DNA of 63,850 nt, counting the filler, from Kipferlia bialata (Eukaryota): the NCBI GenBank assembly GCA_003568945.1. It is 5 parts of 4 records of this genome, joined end to end, with 100 filler letters (N's around TTAATTAATTAA, not from the genome) between each part and the next. Parts side by side here need not be neighbours in the genome. Positions count along the whole stretch, not along the records: positions 22,957 to 45,812 come from BDIP01000277.1; positions 45,913 to 52,675 come from BDIP01000328.1; positions 52,776 to 60,244 come from BDIP01000328.1; 2 more parts are not named here. The stretch is one strand, 5' to 3'. Shown in pieces: positions 40,224 through 52,848 of the stretch (its first letter is position 1; each line of letters starts with the position of its first letter). The translations under genes and the position numbers were made by a program. The notes beneath the pieces are model-generated. The model did no database searches. It had not been told where the DNA came from and worked only from the letters and a program-made list of their open reading frames with translations.

Positions 40224-43200
40224 CCCAACCTGGAGGAACAGGTCACGTACCTGGTGCTAGAGTGAGTGCAGATATATATGTGTATTGTGTAATATATATA
40301 GAGACATGTAGATACCGATACCCAACCTGGAGAAACAGGCCACGTACCTGGTGCTAGAGTGAGTACAATCGTATCTGCATATGTATATATATACACCAAT
40401 TCATATTTGTGTATATATTCATATCTCTCTCTCTCTCGCCACATAAATTCTCACATATCCATACACTAGTAAATAGTATTCTCACCCTCCAGTGATAGTC
40501 CTGGGTGTAGCCATAGTGGACTCTCTCTCTCTCTCTTTATATATATATACATATGATCTAACTCTCCAGTGACATTGACACCGAGCAAGACCTAGGCATA
40601 TCTATAGTGGATCTGTCCATATCAGACATAGTTACACATAGTTACACATTCCTATATGCCTAAATACTTATCTCTCTCTCTCTTTGTTACTCCGTCAAGT
40701 GGCGTATATCCTCTCACCCTCCAGTGATATTGACACTGAACTTGATCTGGGCGTGGCTGTGGTGGACCTGTCCATCTCAGACATGCACATCACTAACTTC
40801 CACATAGAGTCCATAGAAGGTGGTCTACTTCTATGGCAGTTTCACATAGACTCTAGCTTCACTTTATACCCATATCTCCCCTCCCTCATTAACTGTAGTA
40901 ATCCCCTTCTTCTGTGTGTATTATACGTGCCTCTCTCCTCACCCCCAGCCATCACCATCCCAGAGTCACAGGAACTGGAACTGGACCTGTACGTGACATG
41001 ATGGTATATACTTGTATAGATTGGTACTGATACCAATCACCCTCTCATTTCCTCATAGTTACTCAAATCTGAGTGATGACACCGATGTCAACATATACTC
41101 GGCTGACAACTCTATAGAGAGTCTCTATTAGAGACCGTATCAACACTGATATATAGCCCTATGCACTCCCCCTCCCTCACCCCCAGGGGTGACACAGATG
41201 TCAACATGACCTTTGACTGGAGCTACACAGACACGTCCTGGCCGTACGTGCTCTGTCTCTCAGCTGCTCCCACTCTTATATATACACACCACTTCGAACA
41301 ATCTCTCCTAGAGCTTACACCTCTCTCTCTCTCTCTCCCTCCCTCATCTCTAGTTTCCCCAGTGACTCTGGCACAGGCACTGCCTCCTGTGCGGGTATCA
41401 ACGGGGGGTTCACATACCACCCCATCTACGATCACACATGCGGTATTCCACAGGTGCTTAGACAGCATATACATATATTTCTAATACATATCACATAGAT
41501 ACTGTTGGTGTCTCTTATGACAGGTTGTAAACGACGAATTCAACCTCGACTTCGGGAACATTAAGATCACACTGGATGGTATGGTGCATGTGTATATCCC
41601 TGTAATACTCGAATACTTGACCCATCATCTCCCCCTATCTCTCCCCCCTCCTAATATTTACTGCTAGACGGGGCCTCTGCCTTCTTCCAGACTCATCTCT
41701 TTCTCTCTCTCTCTCCCCCCCTGTCTCCTTCTGTTAACTATCAGGCGGGGCCTCTGCCTTCTTCCAGACCATCCTGAATGTGTTCATTGGACTGGTAGAG
41801 GACCTCTTCACAGACCAGCTCAACCAAGTCATAGAGGAGAGCATGACAGAAGGTACTTCGTTACACTAATGTATATAGAACTATACTAGCACACACAGAT
41901 ATATCCAAGTCATAGAGGAGAGCATGACAGAAGGTACTGTATATCTCTCCCTGCACAATATTTGTATCCCCCCCCCTTCTATGTTTTGAGTTACCACATA
42001 TGTCCTTCTCACCCCTAGCCATGAACAGGAACCACCTATATCTAGCAATTCACAATGATATATTGTAAATAGATCATCTAATAGTAATTGGCTATCCCTT
42101 TCACCCGACCTACCCCTAGCCATGAACAGGAACAGTCTCCCACCTCTCTCTCTCTCTCTCAATACATATATATATTCATATATACATCTATATGTTAGCA
42201 GTGATGTCCCTCCTGACCCCTAGCCATGAACAGGAACCTTGTTGGCAGTCTCTTCAACACAGACCTGACAGATGGCATGATGGAGGTATGAATATGTAGG
42301 GTGTAGATATATTTGCACTAGAGTAAATATATTGATTTACAAGAGTCTATATATTGTGGTGTATTTGTACTATAGTATGATAACCCAGACCTGTTGGCAT
42401 GATGGAGGTAACGCATCTCTTTCTTTCTCTCTCTCTATATATATGTAATGTTAGTGTATACCTATACTACTGTACTTATACCGGGACATGCGCTACTCCG
42501 ACCAACATAGCATCTCTTTCTTTCTCTCTCTCTATATATACACCCTTAGGTATAATACTTAATCCTAGGACATGCGCTACCCTGACCCTGCCCTGGTCGT
42601 TGAGGACAGCTACATAGCAGCACACTTCACAGGATACGTACGTTCATGTATCCTTGTCTCTCTCTCTCTCACTGCTTAAGCGACTAGTGTTTATGGCTCT
42701 CCAGCAGGAACCATCCATGAGTCTCTCATGTATATAGCACTGTCTCACACCCAGGTGTACCCGATAGACGAGGGCGTTCTGTATCCAGGTACACCGAAGT
42801 ATCTATCAACATATATTCATATACCAATAGGATGTGCCTCACACACCATCCCTCTGCCTAGGGTTTCCAGTGTCAATCTCTGTCTCTCTCACAATATCCC
42901 TATACTCTTAATACCAGCCCGTGAGGCCATCATGCCATCTCCCCTGCCCAACCTAGTTACCAGTGAGGACCTGCAGTTCGTGTTCTCAAACACGTACGGA
43001 TAGATTGAATACACCACTTGTTACACACATAGATGTATATGTATATTGAATGTAGTATTACAGTCTTCTAGCTCCAGTGTGTGAGGCTCTCTCTCCATAT
43101 ATGAATGTATGTGGTATATTCTCCTTCTCTCTTACCCACAGTGTGTTTGAGTCTCTGTATCTGTCCGGCCTGCACCTTGACCTCTTGCACGGGGAGGTAG

Positions 43201-45372
43201 ACCCTAAGGAGGTATGATATGTATATTGATTAGTGTATATGTGTATGTGAGTATATATATCAGCATATACCTGTCCGGCCTGCACCTTGACCGGGACATA
43301 GACCCTAAGGAGGTAATGAGATCTTATACAAGACATATATTTATCTCTGTCTCTCTCTCTCTGTCGCTCGCTCTCTCTCTGTATTACCCAATAGGTCCAG
43401 AACCCCCAGCTGGCCTCCCTTCTGAACACATCCACCCTGGGGAGTATATGTCCAGGTATGTATATACTATTATCTTTGTATATATAGGGCTAGTGTTAGG
43501 GATGTGGTATATCTGGATAGTCTATGTCAATATTCTTACGAAACATGATCTCTGTTTTTCTACTTATGCAATATGTGTGTGTGCGCCGGAGTGTCACAAC
43601 AATCTTACTTTCAGGACTCTTTGAGGCCTATCCCAATGCCCCAATATCACTGAGCCTCGAGACGTCAATAGTGTGAGGGCTAAATCAATGCTGTCATTTA
43701 GCACTCTTCTCTCACTATGTATCTGACTTGAGGCCCACGGTCACTGTTATGTCCAGTAATCTCTCTCTCTCTCTACACCCTTAATGTCAGGCCCACTGTC
43801 ACTGTTATGCCAAGTGCCGTGTTCACAAACGTCACAGGTACATCATATCATTCACGTACACTTACATGTGTGTATCGTGTCTCTGCATCGTGACATTTAA
43901 CACTAGTGTACAGACACACACATTTAAACATCTATATATATTCATATCTACACTTGCCACATGCACTGTGCACGATGATGCCGTACCGATGATATATACT
44001 AATATATGTATATATAAATATATATGTGTGTGTATTCATATCCTGACCACTCACCACAGGCACCGTTCACGTGTCTGTGCATGATGAAGCCTCTGATACC
44101 ATACATATACATATATATATCTATAGTCATGTACACACTACCCACAGGCACTGTCCATGTGTCTGTGCATGATGATGCCTCCGATGCCTATCTCGATGCA
44201 TTCACAGTGGGGTACAGTGCTGGGATGGCAGGGGTCCCACAGACGGAGACAGTATGTGCGTGGATGTATACTACTATACTACTATACAGATACATTGATG
44301 TATATATATGTGTACATGTATGTGGNNNNNNNNNNNNNNNNNNNNNNNNNTGATGTATATATATGTGTACATGTATGTGGCAGGGGTACCCCAGACAGAG
44401 ACAGTGTGTGCGTATGTGTTGTATATATACATACATGATTGATGACTATATCTACAGTATGGCCTGTTTATTCTCTTGCACTAGGCAGCCCTGCTCATTG
44501 CTCCATCTGCACCTCATCAGTCAGTGTATGATAGTATATGTATATAGTATGCAGTATGTTTTGTGATTCTGACACTGATACCTAGATAGTCCAGCCCACG
44601 GATCCAACTACACCTCCCTGTGGCTCTCCTACACCCCTTTCAATGTTACAGGGTGGAGTATAGACAGTGAGTATGGCCCAGTGGATATGGAGGGACCGGC
44701 GGCAATGCAGCTGGAGGTATAAGTGTATATACATCAAGTCCCATATACACAGATATTGGTATATATAGTTATTTTCTTTATATATGCATGGACCAGCGGC
44801 AATGCAGCTGGAGCTATCTCTCTCTCTCCCTCTCTATCTCTCTCTCTCTGCACCCTTATCCTCAGATGTACCTCTCTGTGTTTGCTGTATGTCCCTGGCT
44901 GACAGAGTGGACATATGACCACGCACCGTACTTTGGACTGGCCGGGGTGCGTCACATACTCTCTGTGTATAGAGATAGAAAACTGTCTTTGTCCATTATC
45001 ACAGATAAATCGAGTGGGTATACACAATATTGTAATGGATTTATATTAACTTCTCACCCCAGGACTACTATGACTGGGGTAGCATGTATCCTCTCCTCGA
45101 GGTATATCAATGTATTATATCAATATGGTATATGAAAAGACTAGCAGCATGTATCCTCTCCTCGAGGTATGGGGGGATGATATGGCATGTTCACAACTTG
45201 TGAATCACAAGACATATATATAGCCGGAGTGATTTCGTTTCTGGAGTGTCTGGTATTGGCTATGGCTACCACCCACACTCTTATTGCCATTTGGGCTTCT
45301 ATACCACTCACCCAGGCCCCTGGGACTATTGTCTACAACGTACCAATGTTCGATGATGTGGTCACTCGGTGA
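39467..45372 (+). CDS. BPI/LBP/CETP (TULIP) family lipid-binding secreted protein
   Basis: Signal peptide MHPLHILCGCVVLCCVGVVLG, then GAVMIMSTKGFNKA...ISDMHITNFHI...FDWSYTDTSWP...IKITLDGGASAFFQTILNVF...LQFVFSNTVFESL...LGSICPGLFEAYPNAPISL, which fits the two-lobe BPI pattern. Stop TGA 45370-45372. Confidence 0.8.
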
Positions 45373-45765
45373 CATCCGTATGATATGGTCGCACGGACAC
45401 TGAGACCGATACACCATATGGGGACGAGAGACTTTACCTGAGTTCCAGTGATTCACACAAGAGAGAATCTATTTTAGCGATACAGATCCTCCTACACCAT
45501 TGATGTGATCGGGAGAGCGAGACGCGAGTCTTCGAGACTCAGAAAGTAATGTATGAATAGAAAGAGCAGTAAGAGGAAAGTAGGGTGGATGGGAAGGATA
45601 TAGCCTCTATCCGATATAGGGACTCAGAACTGAGAACAGTATGGAATGCGAAACATCTGACTCAATGTTGTAGAAGTCTGGCGGAATAACACCTGGAATA
45701 CTCGGCTATGCTATGGAGTGGGAAATAAAGAACACGTTTAGTTGACTTGTGGAAGACGAAGAATA

Positions 45766-45812
45766 TACGCCGTAGGGGAATCGAACCCCTGACGTTAGAA
45801 TGGAAATCTAAC
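45766..45812 (-). tRNA. tRNA-Gly(TCC), 3' part only (5' part lost at contig end)
   Basis: Minus strand gttagaTTTCCATtctaacgtcaggggTTCGAttcccctacggcgta: anticodon stem-loop with TCC, TTCGA T-loop, acceptor 3' strand. Confidence 0.85.
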
Positions 45813-45984
45813 NNNNNNNNNNNNNNNNNNNNNNNNNNNNNNNNNNNNNNNNNNNNTTAATTAATTAANNNNNNNNNNNNNNNNNNNNNNNNNNNNNNNN
45901 NNNNNNNNNNNNAGGGGTCTCTTCTCTCTCACACACTCACACACAACCCCCTCCCACCCCCCCCCCATCCCACCCCACTCTCAG

Positions 45985-46686
45985 GCCGCTCCGGGTGTCT
46001 GGATGGATCCATCAGACATGCCCTCTTCAGCCACCCATCTAGTGTGTGTGTCCTCGGTGATGGCACACTCGCAGTGGCAGACACAGGAAATAACCTGGTA
46101 TGTGGCAGTCCATGGAGGATAGGGGATACTATAGTCCACAGTGAGTATCATTCAGACTTCTGTATCAGTCTCACCCCCAGATCAGACTGATCACCCTGCC
46201 AACCGAGAGAGACAGAAGCCTCTCCCTCTCCCGCAGCACCTACGACTCAGATGGGTCAGGCGTATCCACACTGGCTGGTTTTAGGGCAGGTATTATCCTA
46301 GTGTGTATGCTCGTATGACTTAAGTTGGTAGGTCTTGCTTTCTTCTAACCTACCCCCATCCCCTCCCAACCCCAGGTGGGTCTAGGGATGGCTCCTGCAA
46401 GGGAGAGGCCGGCTTCATGTGCCCTGTCCAGGTGGAGTGTGGGTGGGTGGAGGGCAGCCTGCTGGTGCTGGACCAGGGTGAGGCATCCACTCTATATGTA
46501 TCTCTTGCGTTCCCTGACCCTTCTATCCCTCTGACCCCCCAGGCAATGGGTGCATCCGCATGATAGACGCCGACCACCGGTCTGTGTCCACCCTTGCCAC
46601 CGGTCTCACTAGCCCAGGGGGCATGGCCGTCTCGGGGGACTCCGTCTTCGTCAGTGACAAGGGTATGGACACTAGAGTGTGTGATG

Positions 46687-46722
<36 letters not shown>

Positions 46723-49030
46723 CCCAGGTGTGCACAACATCAAGGTGGTGGCCAGATCAGGCCTCCCCGAGAGCTTTAGCACCCGCCCCTCCCTCTCCCT
46801 CAACGCGTCTGCCTCCCGACCCCTCACCATGTCCCCCGCCAGCTCAGGCAGGGTGAGAGATGTCATGCAGCAGGGGGAGGGGGAGAGAGAGAGAGGCGTC
46901 GTGCAGGGGGGTAGGCCCATCCTGCACTCTGTACCTGTGTCCATGGCCATGCCTGTGTCCATGTCTGCCTCCATGCCTGCCAGACACATGCAGGATATGA
47001 GGGGGGCAGAGGCAGAGGCAGAGAGGGAGGGAGAGGGGGAGGGGGAGAGAGAGGTCCTTGCTGTCCAGACCCAGGTCCTGGAGAGAGACATGCTGGATGC
47101 CGAGTCCCCTGTTGAGGCCTCTCTGTCTGTGTCTCCCGAGGCCGCAGAGTGGGAGGGGGTGGTGCCAGAGCCCCAGAGCGCAGCCCTCAACCCTCAGCGC
47201 ATGTCCCCCCCCTCTCCCCATGCTGTACAGATCAGAGCGGTGTCTGCCGGACACTCCCAGGCCTCCCTCTCTCTCTCCCTGTCCCAGCCGTACCCTGTGT
47301 CGATGTCTGTCAGAGGGTCAGATAGGCACACACTGCCACAGGACACTACAGGGGGGGCATTCCCATCCCACGTGTCGCCCCTCTCTCACTCTGTGTCGGT
47401 GCCTAGGTCTGGTGCCCCTGCACACACACACACCAGACACCCTGCAGCCACAGCAGCCCGACGCCCCACCCCCCCTGCCCCTGCCCCTGCCTCTCTCTCC
47501 CTCTCCCCCAACAGGCAGGCCTCGACTGGGGTGGCCCTCCATACCGTGGTCACCCTATTCCGCACACTGCTCTACACAGAGGATGCAGAGCGCTCTCTGA
47601 CCCTCCTTGCCCTCTCTGTCCTTCCTACCACCGCGATGGACGCCAATGAGGTGGAGAGAGAGAGAGAGAGAGTGGCCCCTGGGGCAGTGCAGGAGAGAGA
47701 GGCAGTGGAGTACCTCCGTGCCCTGCTTAGATCCAGGCTTCTCTCCCTATCCCCCTCTCTATACAGAGCACCCAGACCCCTCGTCATGCAGGAGAACCTC
47801 CGCCCCTCCCCCCTATCCCCCTCCTCCGATGTCCGCACTGGTATCCCATCCCACACTGCCCAGTACGCAGCAGTGCATGAGGTGGTGGGGAAGGACCTAC
47901 CAAGCTACCTCAGGTGGGGCAATAATAGTGATGGACACTGGGTATAACACTTACACATTGTTCTTACTCCTCTGTTCACTCTCCACTCACCCCTCAGGGT
48001 CCTGTCCCGTGTGGCCCCCTCCCACACTGCAGTCTCCCTCAGGATGACAGACAACGAGGTCAGTCTCTATAATGTTGCCACTGTATACTTCTCTCATTCT
48101 CAGTCTCTCTCTCGTTCTCTCTCTCTCTCTCTCCCACCCCAGGCTGTTTCTATGCCCCTCTACTGCCTGGGCGCCCTGTCCCAGGCTGCCTCGGCCTTCA
48201 ACACTGCTGAGGCCTCTCCCTCTGCAGCCCCAGCAGACACCGCCCCTGTGCGTGTGTTTGTCAATGAGGGTGCCTACCAGGACGGACTGGCAGCCGGTAC
48301 AGGTACGCAGGGTGTGTGCTGCTAGATGAGATACAGAATGAATAGTACCATCTATCACTCGTGTGACTATCCTGCCATATCTCCCGAAGTATTCTCACCC
48401 CCAGCCCACACCGTGCGTGTCCACTTCGACGTGCACTCTCTCCCTGCCTTCTCCCCCTCCTTCCCCTTGTCTGTCAGTGCCCGTTCAGTGCACGGTGTCT
48501 CTGCCCAGCCTGTGACTGCCTACATCGATGAGACCTCAGCATCTGTGGAGGGTGACAGGGTGGAGGTGGTGCACTCTCTCTCCCTGCCCCTCTCCCTGCC
48601 CTCTGCCTCCGACCCCAACACACCCTTCCGTAGTGTGCCCCTCCAGGCCCTGCCCAGTGTGCTAGGTGCATACTCAGACGTGGAGGCGGCGTGGTACAAG
48701 GTATCCTAAATTGAGACACACACACACTCTCTCTCTCTCCTTAGTGTCCCCTCACCCCAGGCCGAGCTGTCTCTCTCCATGACCGATGCCATCCAGAGGC
48801 ATGTCCTATCCCCCAGGACAGTCTCTGTCTATGTGGCAGTGCCTAGGTCCCTAGACGCAGTGTACCAGCTGAGGTACAAAGGCTGACTCTCTGAGTGATG
48901 TCTCTCTCTCCCTCTCTCTCTCTCTCCCTCACCCCCTAGGACCACAGCCCAGAGAGAGGCCGAGCCCTACTCGGAGTACCAGTCAGGCCTACAGAACATC
49001 GCAAAGTTCTGCAGCCCACTCTGTCTGTAG
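45985..49030 (+). CDS. NHL-repeat (beta-propeller) protein with long S/P-rich linker, 5'-truncated
   Basis: Spliced FSHPSSVCVLGDGTLAVADTGNNLIRLI, LLVLDQGNGCIRMID and SPGGMAVSGDSVFVSDKGVHNIKVV are NHL motifs; stop TAG 49028-49030. Confidence 0.8.
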
Positions 49031-49246
49031 ATTCAAAGACATGTATTGAGGGCTAGGCCAAGAGAGATATGGCAGAGAGGTTGATGACGGGTGTTTAACA
49101 ACTAGTTGTGTGTGCTATTGATATAGTGTGTAGTGTTGTACTTTTATGTAGCGAATAGACGGTGTGAGAACCCAGACCTACTGTCATATATGCACACAAG
49201 TACAAATCTACACTGAGCCTGATTATCTGACTATCTATTATCTTAA

Positions 49247-50177
49247 TCAGAGCTCATAGTCGACCCAGCCCCCCCTCTCCACCTCTGGTGTCCTCCCATC
49301 CCTGTACTGCAGAGAGGTGCTGCCTATCTCTAGGTCACGCGGGGTAGGTTTACGCATGTCATACGCATCCGGCTTATCCACCCCATAGTAGTCCTTGATG
49401 CTGAGGGGTGAGACAGATAGCCAGTGGGGAAGAGAGAGTGTATACATATACACAATTATATATGACGCAGACGTACGTTCGATAGATGACATAATCCAGG
49501 TTCTTGTACATCTGGACAGCACTCTCGTTGTCACTACGCACAAACAGGTCGGTGAAGTAGCCACCGACGCTCTGGGAGGACCTCTCCAGTCCAGCCATGA
49601 GTCTGGGTGTCAGAAGGGTGGAGAGAGAGAGAGAGGGTAATGTGCAACATTGGCCAGGTGTCAATGCGAACACACTTATCAGCAGTATACCAATGATTGG
49701 ATCAGTGGATCACCATATCAGCAGATATGTGTATCAGTATCAGGGAGAATGTAACTGACACCCCTCCACCCCTACCTCTTAGCCACCCCCTGTCTCCTGT
49801 ACTCTGGGGCCACTGTCACGGCAGACACGTGTCCGTGCATCTCGTCCCCCCTGCCCTCTGCCTTACCAATCATGTACCCGGCTAGGAGACCTGGGGTGAG
49901 ACACATCGGATATGGGAGAGAGACCCATATACACTGCTACTCACCACACACTGTCTCGTGCACCACACACATCTCAGGCCACATGGTCATGTAGTGGTTG
50001 TAGAACCGAGGGCTGAACTGAGGTGAGGCAAGGATCTGATGATGGTATATGGGTATAGGTATGGTCACAGAGAGACACGTGCAATTCACTCCGACGTACC
50101 GTAGCAGTATAGGGGTCTACATTGATGTTGTTGAAGCAGAACATATCGTCCACATGGAAGAGTCGCTCACATGCCAT
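49247..50177 (-). CDS. NAA20: N-alpha-acetyltransferase 20 (NatB catalytic subunit)
   Basis: Spliced DDMFCFNNINVDPYTATF...GYMIGKAEG..MHGHVSAVTVAPEYRRQGVAKRLM...DLFVRSDNESAVQMYKNLDYVIYR..DYY...DAYDMRK carries the diagnostic NAA20/Nat3 motifs. Confidence 0.92.
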
Positions 50178-50532
50178 GTTCTATGGTGGAGAAGTAAGGA
50201 GGTAGGTGACCTAGATGGGTCAGAGACCAACCCTTATGTCTATGCCTGATCAAAAACATCCCTTAAGATAAGGGCCTCAACAAAGTCGTCCAGTTATCGC
50301 ATGTTTGAACCTAATAGGGTACATTTATCCTTAGAATCAGGACACAACATGAAATTGTATGCTTTACTAACCAGAGACTCCGAGCCGTATGTCATCTGTG
50401 GAGAAGGGAAACGGAAGTGCTAACCACGTTTATTGTGACGGAGTCATGGGTTCGAATCTCGCTGGGTCCTTTCTCTTTCTCCTCTTCCATCTCTTGCAGT
50501 CTCTCTTCAACAAAACAAACAACCTCACTAAA

Positions 50533-52538
50533 ATGGACGACGCTCTCGCTGGGTGCGTTTTCTTCTTATATCGTATGCCTGCTGTCTATCGTTTTGGGGG
50601 TTGTTTTATTTGAGAGCATGTGGAAGGAGTGTGTCGAATCTAGATGAACCGTGTCTTGCCATATAGCATTCATGTTTCTGCTGCTATCCGCTCCACTTAC
50701 GCCAGTGGAAAGAGGTTCTTCCGCATTGGAAGGCAGGCTGTGCTGCAGAAGCTAGGCAAGGCTCAGGTATCGGAGTCATGTCCAAGTATCTCACTCAATT
50801 GAAACAACAATCCGACTATACCCTATGCCCAAAACTAGACCTCCTCTCGCCATCTTTGCCCGTATTCAGTATCTACTTCCTCTTTACATGTATATGTGCC
50901 CTATGTACTACTATGCATCTCTTCTATGCTGTTGGTCTCTTATTCATCTCCCTCTCCCACCCTCTAGAAGGCCGAGGAGGACCCTGCCTTCAGGGCCAAC
51001 ATTGACCAGTTCAGAGCTGTCAACGGTACGGGGGGTGGATGCGGTGTATTCTGTGGACATGTTGCAAATGTTGGCTGCCTTGCTCTTACCCCTACTCCCC
51101 ATATATAGTGTATGCATCTCTGTCTGTCTAACTCGCAGGCTCCTTCAAGGAGGTGTCCAAGGCTGCCCAGACCATCGTCAACCAGGTGTGTATGTGTATA
51201 TAATGAATAAGTGTGAATATATTTGTATGTGGGTGCAGAGCACCCTATTTGGTTCCTCTACCTCCTGATGATGTATGGTGTATGGTGTATGACATATCCC
51301 CCTCACCCTAGGAGACCAGCGTGGCTGTTGCCGGCCAGACCGCTGCCGTTGCATACCGCACCATGGCCTCCAAGATGCCAGACACCCCTCTCGCAGGTAG
51401 AGGCATTCTCTATTTTGTACTGATATGATTCTATATTCTCCATTGTGCAGTCTCTCACTAAGGCTTCTTGACATGACACGCAAACAACATACCCTCCTAT
51501 TAATATCGTACTTATCGGCCAGGCCTTGTCTCAGATCTTGCCGCCAGCCATGACCAGCTCGATGCATTCAGGTAGGGGTGATTGATATAGGATGTATGTG
51601 CACAAGGACTCATATATCACGTCAATGGTCTCAACATGAAGAGTGTCTCACCGCGGTTTCCCCATTCCCCTCACCCCAGGGACGAGTTCACCCGCAGTGC
51701 CAGGGAGGGACCCCTCAACCACCTGGCAGGTAGGGGGGTGTGATAAGAAGGATAAACATCGTGCCTTACCACCACTGCTAATGTGATAAGTTCCCCCCCC
51801 CCCTCCCACCCCAGGCCTCACCACCACCTTCGATGAGACCATTGCCGTCAAGAAGAGATACAACACAGTCAGGCTGGAGCACGACGCCATCAAGGTGGGG
51901 AGTGTATGGGATGATTATATGGTGATGTATGGTACTTACTGCCTAGGGGCCATGTACTGCACTTGTCAGTCTTCTATTCCCCCCTCCCTGTTCCCACCCC
52001 AGACCGAGCACGACAAGCTGCTGGCCAAGGCAGCCACCACTCAGAGCGCAGCTGGTACGGTTATAGTGTATGTATGGATGTATGTGGTCTTCTGGTACAT
52101 CTACCCTCCCCTCCTAACCATCAGAGCGTCTCGCTAGGGTCCAGAGCGAGTACGGTGCCTCCCACGAGGCCTACACTGCCTTCCAGGCCGACTTCAACGC
52201 CCTGGCTGCCTATGGAGAGCAGAGGGTCAAGAGAGAGGCAGGTATGGGCCAGATGAGTATATGCTATATAGCATTGGTCTATTTATATGCCTCTCTGCCC
52301 CTCACCCTCCCAGGCCTCCAGCTCATCAAGGTGTACAGGGAGATGACAGCCTTCTACGGACAGGTATGGGTGGATGTGTAGTGTATTTTTTTTTACACAT
52401 ATAGTATAGTGTATCAACCCCCCACCCCAGGCATACCGCATTCTGACAGAGATGGCCCCCGGCCTGGAGCAGCTCGAGAGGTCCATCCTCGACAACACAG
52501 ACATGCCCGTCGAGCCCAGCCTCAGTGCCGCAGCTACG
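50533..52538 (+). CDS. N-BAR domain protein (amphiphysin/Bin-like), 3'-truncated
   Basis: Spliced RIGRQAVLQKLGKAQKAEEDPAFRANIDQF resembles the amphiphysin QKLGKADETKDEQF segment; later KKRYNTVRLEHDAIK resembles the BAR 'KKR...LDYD' motif. Confidence 0.75.
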
Positions 52539-52617
52539 TACGTGGGGATGGATGCAGTCATTCACTAGTATTACAGAATAGCCTGTTCACGCTACTCCCT
52601 CCCTCTCTCTCTCAATC

Positions 52618-52661
<44 letters not shown>

Positions 52662-52848
52662 CGGGGGGGCCCCCCNNNNNNNNNNNNNNNNNNNNNNNNN
52701 NNNNNNNNNNNNNNNNNNNTTAATTAATTAANNNNNNNNNNNNNNNNNNNNNNNNNNNNNNNNNNNNNNNNNNNNGGACTTTTTTTACTTTCTCTCCCCC
52801 CCCCCCCCCCATTCCCTTCCTCTCTCTCTCTTGTCCTTTTCACCCCAG

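Noticed and set aside
52619..52675. Long poly-C tracts at contig ends (also 60193-60230, 60358-60391)
   Set aside because: Homopolymers of unreliable length that probably caused the assembly breaks; no further structure.
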